Source of the DNA: Planctomycetales bacterium
GTDB taxonomy: Bacteria; Planctomycetota; Planctomycetia; Pirellulales; Pirellulaceae
DNA length: 54,357 nucleotides
Direction of reading: 5' to 3'
NCBI GenBank assembly: GCA_020426665.1
Contig: JAGQPO010000148.1
Location: forward strand, 1-54,357
Shown: positions 12,701-24,700 of the stretch, one piece after another
Layout: the number at the start of each line of letters is the position of its first letter
Position numbering within the stretch: position 1 is the first letter of the stretch
The notes under the pieces: model-generated
What the model was told of the DNA's origin: nothing
Seen by the model: only the letters and a program-made list of their open reading frames with translations
The model's database searches: none
Translations under genes and position numbers: made by a program

Positions 12701-15700
12701 CCAGTACGACATGCCGCCGTTAACATTGCCGTTCCAGTACGCGCAATCCTTTACGATTTTCCCGGGACTCAATGCGAGAATCGCAGGCCGAGCCGACATC
12801 ACGCTCGATATCGGTTTCGGATTCGACACCTCAGGATTGAACCAGTTTTTCGCCAGCAACAACGTGGTGGACATCTTCAACGGGTTCTTTGTCCGCGACA
12901 AGAAAGGTGACGAAGACAACAATGAATTGGAACTTGGATTGAGCCTTGCGGCGGGTGCATCGGTTGGTGTGCCGGGGTTGGTCGAAGCCGGTGTTCAGGG
13001 CGGAATCTTTGCGGACATTGATTTCAACCTGGCGGATCCCAACAACGATGGAAAATTGCGAGTCAACGAATTGTTGGAGCGGCTCGCAATGGGCCCCCAC
13101 TGTGTGTTTGACACGCATGGTGAGATCGGTTTGTTCTTGGAAGCATTCTTCCAAATTTCCGTCGGGCCGATCGTTGTCTTCGACGAACGCTTCGAATTCC
13201 TGCGTCAAACATTGTTGCAGTTTGACGTCGTTTGCACGCCGGAGGCTCCGCCGACGTTCGCAGAACTTGAAGGCGGAGTGTTGAATTTGAACGTCGGCGA
13301 TCGCGCCGCGCGGCGGTTGACCGGCGACGTGGCCGACTTTGATCCCGAGTCGATGAAGGGTGAATCGATCTCGGTCAATCAGCGAGAGATCGATGGCCAG
13401 CAGATGATCGTTGTTTCCTTCAGCGGAATCGAAGAACAATTGCTGACCATTCCCGGTGACGTCACCAGCGAGAAGGAGACAAAGAGCTATCCGGTCAGTT
13501 CGATCTCCAAAATCGTCGTCAATACCGGAGCAGGGAACGATCGAATCCTGATCGGCGACGGAGTCACCGTCGACGTCGAAATCGATGCCGGGTCCGGTGA
13601 CGATGTGATCATGGTTGCCGGCAGTGATCCTCTGAAAATCGGATCCGTCACCATTAACGGCGGAGACGGAAACGACGTCATCAAGGGAAGTGCCGGTGTC
13701 GACATCATCAACGGCGGGGCCGGCGACGACATCATCCGTGCCGGGGACGGCGACGATATTGTCGATGGTGGAACCGGCAATGATTCGATCATGGGCGAGG
13801 GCGGTAATGACACCTTGCGCGGCGGAGACGAACCGATCATTGTGGGCAACCCCAGCGGTGACCGCATCTCTGGAGGGGACGGCAATGACGTGATCTATGG
13901 CGGTGCCGGGTTGGATACGTTGATGGGCGACGATGGCCAGGACTGGATCGAAGGCGGCGACGACGCGGACCAATTGCACGGCGGTGCGGGAATGGACGTG
14001 TTGCTCGGACAAGCCGGCAACGACAACTTGGTCGGCGGGGCGGACGCCGACGTTGTGGTGGCCGGGTTGGGTGACGACACGATTCGTTGGGCGGATCTAC
14101 ACACCGAAACCATTGTTAATGAAGCGGGCGAAGAGCAAACGATCACGGTTCAGGACGGGGTTGATACCTTTATCAGTGCCGGCGGCGGGACCGACATTTT
14201 CTACGTCGCGGGAACATCCGGGATCGACGCAATTGATGTCGCGGCAATGACGATTGCCGGTACGACGTGGAACGCAATACGGCCGGATGGTCAAGCCTTT
14301 TCCGAATCGCGACCCGCAATCGGAGTCGGTGTGACGATCGGCGGAAGAGTCTTGGCCACGACCGATTTCGAGCGAATCGAAATCGATGCAAGGGCCGGTG
14401 CGGACGTCGTCACGATCAACGATTTGCGAAGCACGACCGTCACTGCGGTCAATGTCGATCTGGGATTGGCCGGCGACTCGATCATGCAACTTCGCGAAGT
14501 CAATGGCCCGGACGGTACCGTGGATCGTTGGCTGATTGAGGACGAAGCCAACCCGGGAACGTTCATCCCGGCGGTCGATGCGTCGGGCAATCCTTTGACC
14601 GACGGCGACGGGACAACAAAGTTCTATGCGCCGGGGGAACCGGTGCTGGATGACGAAGGCCAGCCGCTGACCTATGTCGGCGGCGAACCAAAGTATTACT
14701 TGGGGTCAGAATTCGTACTCGATGCAAATGACCAGCCAGTGCTCTATGAGGGGTTGCCGTTTGATGCGGCAGATCTCGCCGCAGTTAATCTTTCCGCCAA
14801 TACCATCACCATGCCCGGACACGGACTGGCGCTGGGTGATCCGATTCAGTATGAAGTCGCTGATGCAGCCAATGCGGCCATCGGAGGGTTGTCCGATCAC
14901 ACCGTCTATTTCGCAATCGTTCTTGACGCCGACACGATCGCTTTGGCGACCAGTCGGGCCGCGGCGACGGCTCGCACACGAATTGATTTAACCGGACTTG
15001 GAATCGGCAGCCAACATTTCCTGGATGACCCCGTCTTGGCGGTCGGCGGCGAACGCGTCTTCGACGAATTCGGTGTTCCACAGTGCGTGGGACCTTGCGT
15101 GACGGAATCGACGCGGACCGTCAAGTATGTCGAAATGGTCGACGGCGAACCCGTCGAACGGACACGACAGGATCGTATACTCGCCTTCGGCACTCCCAAA
15201 CTGCACGCCGCGGGCGAACACCTGAGAAGCAGCGAAGGAAAGCTGCTGTTTCACGCGGCCGGTTCGAATGTCTTGCATCGCCCCGGCAGTCTGGTCATTG
15301 GCGAAACCTACGCGCCAGGTGACGCCGTGCTGCGACGCGGTGACGAGCCGATCCTGGATCGCAATGACGAAATGACGTTCAACGGAACCGGATTTCAGCG
15401 AGTGGACGAGTTTGGTCGGCCGATCGTGTTGCCCGACGGAAGCGCCAACACGATGGTCGGCGCGGTGGAAGTCCCGCTGCAAACGAGTGACGGAAAAGCC
15501 GTCTTGGATTCGCAGCCCGATTCTTTATTCATCCACGGCGGTCAGACAACGGTGACCGGTGATCACAGCGGCGACGCAGATCAGTTTGCGGTGACGATGG
15601 TCGGCAGCGGATTGAACGTTTCCAGAACCGTCGGGGCTGAGACGATGAACATCTCGATCACCAATGCGAACCGCGCAACTGGGGATCGATTGACGATCAA

Positions 15701-18700
15701 TGCGCACGCCGGAAATGACGCGATCGACGCATCGGCCGTTGATCAAGACTTGTTGTCAGTCGTGTTAATCGGTGAATCGGGCGACGACACGCTTGGCGGT
15801 ACCCGTTTTGCTGACCAATTGTACGGCGGTACGGGCAGCGACACGTTCTCCGGCAATGCAGGGATCGACGTCTTCTTTGACAGCAGCACCGACCCCTCCG
15901 ACGTTGACACATTGATGGAGAATCAGAACGTCGACATGACGTTGACCGGTAACTACTTCTTCGCCGGACTGCTTCAAGCCGACAACGGTGGCGAATTGAT
16001 TCCGGTTCCCAATGACGGAGCGTCGGCTGAGTTTCCCGTTCCTGATTTCCCGATTCTTGTCGACGGCGCCGATCGGTATGCCGCCACCTATCGCGAACCG
16101 TCACTGGGGGTGATGAATCCGACCCAGGTTGAGAGTCTGTTGCAAAATGGACAACCAATCTTCGAACGCGCGATTTTGTCGGGTACGGGGATCACCCGCG
16201 ACATCAACAACGACGAAATGCTGGCAAGCGAAAATAACACCTTGGTGTTGAATGACCAGGACGGCATCATCCGCAATGGCAGCGTCAGTTTTCACGTTAC
16301 CCCTTGGGAAGGCCAAGTCAGTTTCGACAACGGTGGGACAACCGGGACGATCGATCCCGCCACCGGCTTGGCGGGCGATAGTTCGAATCCCGAATTTTAT
16401 GTTCTTAACCTGGCCGGCAACGCTGCGTTAGTCAACATCTTCGATACCGGTGGCCCCAGCGGCGTGGACTTGCTGGTTGTCAACGGTTCGGCCGGTAACG
16501 ATTTCGTTTATTTAAATCGAGGCGTCGGGGAAGCCGGCGACATTACAGCCGGATTGATCGAAGTCGGTTTGAAAGACTTCAAAGACCCGACGCGCACGCC
16601 GGACAGGATCAATTATTCGCAGCTCGAACAAGTCACGATCAATACCCAGCTTGGCGATGACACGGTTCTTTCGGATGACAATGCCGTATTGACGATCATC
16701 AACCTGGGTCCGGGCCGCGATTCGGCGGTCGTCGGTACGGTACCCCAGATCCCGGATCCGGAAGTTCGCACGATCGAATTCCCACTCGGCATTCCGGTGG
16801 CCGACGAAGAAAACATGACCAACGGCAACTCCGCCGTGATGATTCTTGTTGGCGAAGCAGGTGACGATCAGTTCGAAGTCAACCACAACACCGCAAAACT
16901 GTTTTTGGACGGCGGCAGCGGTGATGACACGTTTATCATCAACACCTTCCTGGTGATCACCAAGGCAACTCCGGAAGATCAGGAAATTGCCAATTTGATC
17001 AGGCTGTTCGGCGGCACCGGGTCAAACCGATACTCCTATGTTGAAAATGCGCCGGTCTTTATCCAGGGCGGACCGGGAACCGATACCGTTGTCGTCAACG
17101 GCACGCCGATCGCCGACACGTTTGTCGTGACAAAAAACTCCGTGGCTGGTGCGGGACGGATCACGTATTTCACGGGAATTGAACGATTGGAGGTCAACGC
17201 CGCCGGTGGGAACGACCAGATTTACGTCCTCAGCAGCAGCGAGGACGTTGATTTGATTCTTCGTGGCGGCAGCGGTGACGACACGATTCACATGGGCGGC
17301 GACCACACCACGCTGGTCTTTGATCCTCCCGAATTTACCTATCAACCGCCGATCTTGACGGTGCTTGATCCCCAGCCGCCGCTGCACCAGACCGTCGATC
17401 CCGCACCAAAGTATTTCGCGACGGATGCATTTTCATACGCCGTCTTTGGCGTCAATCTGCCGGGCATTGTGACCGCCAACGTCTACAGTGAATTGGTCCG
17501 CTTGTACCTCACCAACACCCAAATTCGAGTTGGCGGAGTTGCCCTGCGTGATCTGTTGAGCAACTTCAACGGCTCGCCCTCCAGCCTTGGGGCGACGATT
17601 GAAGGTGTGATCAACCAAACGATTGCCACCGTCAGTTCCTATTCTGAACGGCTGGCGTGGTGGCACATCTTTAAGACGATCTTCTATTCGTTCGACATTC
17701 CACCGATCCCGTACGATGTTCCGCAAGCACCAACGGAAAAACTGTTCACGCCACCTGCCGTGCGGGTAGATCCGCCGGCGTTCGGTTACAAGATTCCTCG
17801 CACGTTTGACGTTTCGGAAATTCGCGGCAAAGTCACCATTGACGGTGGGACAAGTTTTGAACGCGAAGGCGATCTAGTCATTGTTCACAACCAAGACGGC
17901 ACTTCGACGACCTCAGGTGTTTTGACCACGGCAACAGTGGATGTGGTGGATCGAATTTCGTATCAACTTTACGCGGACCGGTACCAGTCCAACCAAGTGC
18001 GGCTCGTGAAAGTTGAACCGCAGAATGATGGGTCGGCGACCTACACCGATTCCTTTGGCACCGTTCTGTCACCAAGTGGTTTCGGCACCCGGTATGTCAA
18101 CACCGGTCAATTCGAATCGGTTGGTGGCCGCAGCTATCGCGTCTATTTGGATTCGGAAAACTTGTTCAATAAAACGTTGGTTCAGGTCGCCGGGACGACC
18201 TATCGCAACGTCAATGGCACTGTGCTGCCGTCGGCCGATTTCGCTCTTAAACGGTTCATTCCGATGTTCGAAGCCGGCAAGGTACCGATCTATCAACTCG
18301 ACGGCGATGGCAATATCAAACGAGACCTGTTCGGAAAACCGCTGACGGAAAACAACGCTTCGGGCAATCCACAGATGGTGGACGGTTTCGTTCCGCGATT
18401 CCAAACGGTCATCACGCCGCGTGACGGCGCCACCGACGATGATCCGACGACCCCGCCCGGACCGATCAAACGGACCTACCACGAACTCCAGGGACTCGGG
18501 TTTGGCAGTGGCACCAGCAATACCGGGCAAGCTTATAACGGGATCGAATACGAAAACATCGAACAATTAGACATTCGGCTCGGAGATCCGATCGATGTCG
18601 TCGCACCGCGACTACCCGCCGACTACTTCCGTATCGAATCGACCCACACCGGATCGACCCGGATCGTCATGGGTGCCGGTGACGACCGAATCGATATCGA

Positions 18701-21700
18701 ATCGATCCAAGGTGACACAGAAATCTTAGGCGGCGCCGGCGACGATGTCATCAACGTGCGCGACAGTGTCTCGCGGTCGGTGAAAGACATCGGCGCCCGA
18801 CTGGTCATTGATGGCGATGCGCATGTCCAGGAAGTTGTGACGCCACGCGCCTACGTGCCGTCGCTGCACGACGCGCTGCTGAACAATATTCCAAACGTGT
18901 ACGTCAACACGGAACCGACCTTAACGTATACAGATCTGGATACCCCTCCGAACACGACAAATTATGCGTTAACGGATCTAAAGCCTCTGGTCTTTGTCCG
19001 AGACGGCAACCTCTGGGCGCGAGTTGTCAAAATCAATTCGTCCGGCATCATTCAGGAACATCTGGTTCAAGATGTCAATTCCAACGGCGAACGGTTGTGG
19101 ATCGATCGAAATGGAAACGTCGTCAACGCAGAGATTATCGAGCGAGACCCCAACAACAATCAAATCGTCTTCAAAAGCCCGCCCAAATTGATCACGGTCA
19201 ATGCCAGCGAAGAAGTCTTGTTGTTCGACAGTACGGATGTTCGTGGCTTGGTCGCCGGAACCGCGGCCGGCAATGATACGGTCAACATTGTTAACACAGG
19301 CGTTGCCGACAATGTGGTCGGTGAATTGGGAGCTTATCAACGACCGGTCGACAGTTTTTCCGGCGGATTGCCGGTGCTGCACGATGCCCGCGATCCGGTT
19401 ACTTACTTCGGCATCGAACCGGTCACCGACAGCAACGGCAACATCATTCGTTACCGCAATCCCGGCGAACAGGTGCTGCACCGCGCCGGCGATCCGATCG
19501 TTTACTACGGTGATGAACCGATCATTGGAACCGACGGACAACCCGTTCGGGACATTCTCGGCGGCATTATTTACCACGTCGCGGGCGAACAACAGTTTTA
19601 TAACGGTGGAGAACCGGTTCTCGGCGGCGACGTGATTGTCGACGCGAATTTCAATCCGGTGCGCGATGCCGATGGAGTCGCCGTTCGCTATCCGGGCAGC
19701 GGCCAAGTGTTCGGAAGTGATGGTACTGCGTTAACGCACAAGCAAGGCGAAGGGAAATTCTATCGCGGCGGAGAGCCCAGTCTTCACGGCAACACCGATC
19801 CCGTACAAGTGCTGCGGACGTTCCAACGCTTTACAGGTCTGGGGATGGTCGGCGGCCAAATCGATTTTGCCGACATGGATAGTGTTCAAATCCTGTTGGG
19901 CCGCGGCAATGATGAATTGAACATCACCGGAGTTCGAACCGTCACCTCCACATCGGTTTTCGCGGGCGCAGGTAACGACACCATTCGCGTCGATCGCGAT
20001 GGAATTAAACCTGATCCGTTGGCAAGCGTTTTTGTCGACGGACAATATGGCGCCGGCGATGTTGTCGAGGTTTACACGACCGCCGCTGCTCCGATTGCCG
20101 ATGTCACGTGGTCTTTGACCGGTGGTGGCAGCGGACGCGTGGCAACTTCGACGCATGATCCGATGCTCGTCTTCAGCAACATGGAAGGAACCGTCGGCGG
20201 AGAAGCGAGCAACGACAGTTTTGTGCTGGACAATGGCGTCGTCGCCACTGCGGCGCTGGACGGAAGAGGCGGAAACGATTCGTTGGATCTTAGCGCTTTC
20301 ACGACGGATTTGACGGTCACCATTAGCCGGGTGGATCCGAATAGCGGCGAGCCCTTGCCAACAGGTGATCGGATTACGGTGGTCGAATCTGCGGGAACAC
20401 CGCTGGCACGAGATTTGTTCGGCGGCTTGGGCCAGGGGATCGAAAACGTTACCGCCGGATCGGGCAACGACAAGTTGATCTTCGTTGACTCTCAATTCGA
20501 CAATCGGACTTGGAACATCGACGGGGATGGCAGCGGAAATATCGACGGAGAAGTCAATTTCGAAGCCTTCGAAAACCTAGCCGGTGGTAAACAAAGCGAC
20601 CGTTTTGTGTTCCATCCCGGTGGCAACATTGTGGGCATCGTCGATGGCGGTGGTGAACTGGACGAAGAAACCAATCGACTGGATTATCGTTTTGCCACCG
20701 GTCCCGTATTTGTGGATTTGGAAGACTCGACCGCCAGCTACCTTGCCGAGTTCCGAAACATTCAATCCGCTACCGGCAGCAACGATTCGGACACGTTGTT
20801 CGGGAAACAGCTGGCGTCGACCTGGGTGATCGATGGCCCCAACCGCGGCATCATCGACGACACTTTTTCCTTTGACCGATTCGAAAATCTGACCGGTGGC
20901 GATGATGACGATACGTTCTTTGTCGCGTCGGGCGGATCACTGACCGGGCGATTGCTGGGCACACGCACCGTTGGTGATGCCGATTCCGACAGACTTGATT
21001 TTTCGTTACGGCAAAACTCCATCACTGCCAACATTCTGGACCGGAACCAAGGCAATGTGATGCAGGTCGCGCAGTTGCTCGTGGACTTTGCAAGCGTCGA
21101 AAACCTGACCGGAAGCAGCGTGAATGACGATTTCGTCTTTGCATCGTTCGCCGGTTTGACCGGGAACACCGATGGCGGCGGAGGTACTGAAGACCATTTG
21201 GATTACAGTGACTGGACGACGCCGCTGTGGATCGATCTTGGCGGCAATCGAAATCAAATCGGTACGGTGTCAAATGTGCAAAACATCACCGGAGGATCGG
21301 CTGGCGATACATTGTTCGGCAGCGGTGCCAATAACCGTATCATCGGATTGGGCGGTGCGGACTACATTGACGGTCGCGGCGGCAATAACACGCTGGTCGG
21401 CGATTTCGTCGAACTGATTCGCGACGCCGGATCCGTTGCATCGATCCTGCCGTTGGATGCGTCGATGTTCGGCAACGGACATGTCGATGGTGACGACAGG
21501 TTGATCGCAGGCGGCGGAAACAACCTGGTCTTGGGTGGACTGGGTGACGACCGCATCTTCATTAGTGGCATCGGAACCAACGTCGTCGCCGGTGATCCGG
21601 TCGTTGTCACGCTCTCTGGTGGGCGTCCCGTTGCGATGGCCAGCGGTGTGATGATCCAGGGAGGAAATGATCACATCACTTTGGGCGACGGAGACGACGT

Positions 21701-24700
21701 GGTGATTGCGGGGAACGGCGATGACCAGATCTTCCCGGGTGCGGGACGTAATTTGGTGTTGGGCGATCGCGGTTTGGTTCAATGGATCGCGACGCCGCCC
21801 AGCCAAACGCTGCTGCCAAATCTTGCCCAAAGCGAGAGTTCAGATGGCAGCGGCGTGGACATCATCACGGCAGGCGGCGGTGACGACGTGATCATCGCCG
21901 GCGGAAACCGAGACGTGATTGATGCCGGCAACGGTAACAATTTCGTGCTCGGCGACGATGGCTCGGTGACGTTTGCCGGATTGACATTGGTCGGGTCCAT
22001 GTTGAACGTGGCGGCCAGCGATGGCGATGATGAAGTCACCACGGGGATCGGGAACGATGTCGTATACACCGGCAATGGTGACAACGTTGTTTATGCGGGT
22101 GATGGGGACGACGATGTGTTCGGTGGCGACGGCATCGACCAGATCGACGGTCAGCAAGGCAACGATTTCCTGGCGGGCTCGCTCGGTGACGACGTCGTCC
22201 GCGGTGGAGATGGAAATGACGTTCTATTCGGTGGCATCGTCCCACTGGGTTGGCGTCGCGCCGACTTTGACTCTCCGGCCGACTTCATGGTGCTTGAACA
22301 AGTTGTTCAGGCCGAGTTGGACTTTCCTACCGGATATGTCGCGATACCCATCGTTCCAACGATCACCGCGGGATTGTCACTTGATGGCAGCGCGGGAGAC
22401 GGCCGGGATCTGTTGTTGGGCGGAATCGGTAACGACGTCTTGTTCGGTGGTGCGGACGTAGACGAACTGCGCGGCGAAGCTGGGCTGGACTACTTGGATG
22501 CCGGATCAGGCAATGACCTTGTCGTACTCGGCGGCGACGATGACGACGTGGTGCGTGGGGGAGCTGGTGCGGATGTTCTAAACGGTAACGACGGCATCGA
22601 CCAAGTCCTCGGCGACGGCGGTGACGACATACTCTATGGCGAAGCCGGCAACGGCGCAAATCAGGCGGGACAACGTTTGTTCGGCGGCGATGGCAGTGAC
22701 ACGCTGTATGCGTACGCGCCGACAACCGATGTGACCGTCCAACGTCTGCTTCGCGGTGATCAATTGTTCGGCGAATCCGGCAATGATGTTTTGCATGGCA
22801 ACATTCGCCAGGAGTTACTGTCCGGTGGCAGCGGCAATGAATTTATCGTCGGCGATGAACTGGCCGGCCCCCTGTATGCCGAACGCAACGACGCGGATGT
22901 CAGTGGTGCCGATGACACATTGTTGGGCGGCAGCGGCGAAGACCAACTGTTCGGCGGTGGCGGCAACGACGAAATTTGGGGCGGCGCCGGAACCGACTTG
23001 ATCGATGGCCAAAAAGGAAGTGATCGTCAATACGGCGGTTCGGGGATCGACTTGTTTGTACTGCCGACTTCGCTCGGACCAGGAAACGACGAATTCGACA
23101 AGATCGATGCTGCCACCTTCTACGAAGACACGATCGATGGGCATTTCGGTAACAGCCCCAACGAGTCACCGCTGGACAGGGCGCCCGACGACAATGCGAC
23201 GGATATTTTCACGATCAACGGGACACCGGGTGACGACGTCATCTTGATCGGTCAACAAAACGGGACCGCATCGGTGCGTTACAACGGCAATGCCATCCCT
23301 GTGAACATGCTCAGCGCCGCGGGCGAATTGCTGGTCGAACAATTCCGCATTTCGGGACTGGCCGGCGACGACTTGATCGGATTTTATACCGATTTGGCGG
23401 TGGCATCCGGAGCGGTCAACTCGGCCGACGTGCTGGGTTTGGAAACGCTGGATACGACATCACTGTCGAATCGATCCCGCGACTTTGTGGGAGTGTTCGA
23501 TGGCAATAGCGATGACGACACGTTGCTCGGATCGGCCGGACGCGACCGGTTGGACGGCGGAATCGGCAGCGACATTGCATTCGGATTTGGAGGTGATGAC
23601 CGCTTGTGGGGCGACAGCGGCGGCGGCATCGCCAATGACTACGATCGTCTGTTCGCCGGCCAGGGCAACGACGATCTGATCGGTGGGCAAGGAAGGAATT
23701 CTCTTTACGCCTGGAGCTTTGATCCCCAACCGGCAATCGTTCCGCCGGGCACTCCGGAAACCTACGTGGATCGGGGTTTCGGTGTGTTCATTGACGAAAA
23801 CGGAATGCTGTTCAATGACGATGGTGACTTGAACGACAACGGAATATTTGATCCGGATGACGCGGTTGAGATCGGACCGGTGCGAGCCGCTCGGAATCAG
23901 GAGGTCACGGGGCTGAATCGGATTCTTGGCAGCCAGCAAGACGATTTATTGTTTGGCGGGACAACACTGGATTTTATGTATGGCAACGGCGGCAATGACA
24001 CGTTGTATCGCGCCGACGGAACGACGTTCGAGTCGGCGGACGACGGATTGGCAGGCGAGGAATGGAAGGAGTACGCCAAAGCATCGGATCAAATTTGGTA
24101 CGTGGGTGGCTCCAATGCCGCTGATCAGATTCGAGTCGATTTTGTGACCGAACCCGGCTTGTTGACGGATCATCACTTGATCACGCGACTGACCGAGAAC
24201 AACGGCAACTTCAGCTTCAGCGCGCAGGTCAGATTGGATTTCAAGGCCACCGACGGCGACGGCAACCCGATCTGGAGCGACGAAGACCTGCGATTCAAAC
24301 TGGATCAATTGTTCAGCGAATCGGATCCCCAAGCACGTGGCGCCGAATTGGACCAGATCGGAAATCCCAGTGAGACGGCGGAGGCCGCACAGTCCGAGTT
24401 GTTGGCGAGTCTGCTGCCACCTGAAGCAGATTTTCTGGTGATCTTGATCGACGCACTTGGTGGTAACGATCGAATCGATGTCGGTCCGACAGTTCAAAAA
24501 ACGGTTTGGATCGACGCCGGCCCCGGCGACGATCGCGTGGAGATTCAAGGCGGCAATGCGATTCTGGTAGACAAGGCCGAGGCCTCAGTCGACGCCAACC
24601 TATTGCGCGGTCGAAATGATGACCCGCTGTATGCGTTTGAACTCATTGCGCCGACCGACCCAACGGACGTGTCCGGTACGGCGCTGTCGGCATTTGACGG

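Noticed and set aside
2460-22760. RGD tripeptides in the giant protein (~2463, ~15336, ~22752)
   Set aside because: A few RGDs are expected by chance in 13,422 Gly/Asp-rich residues.
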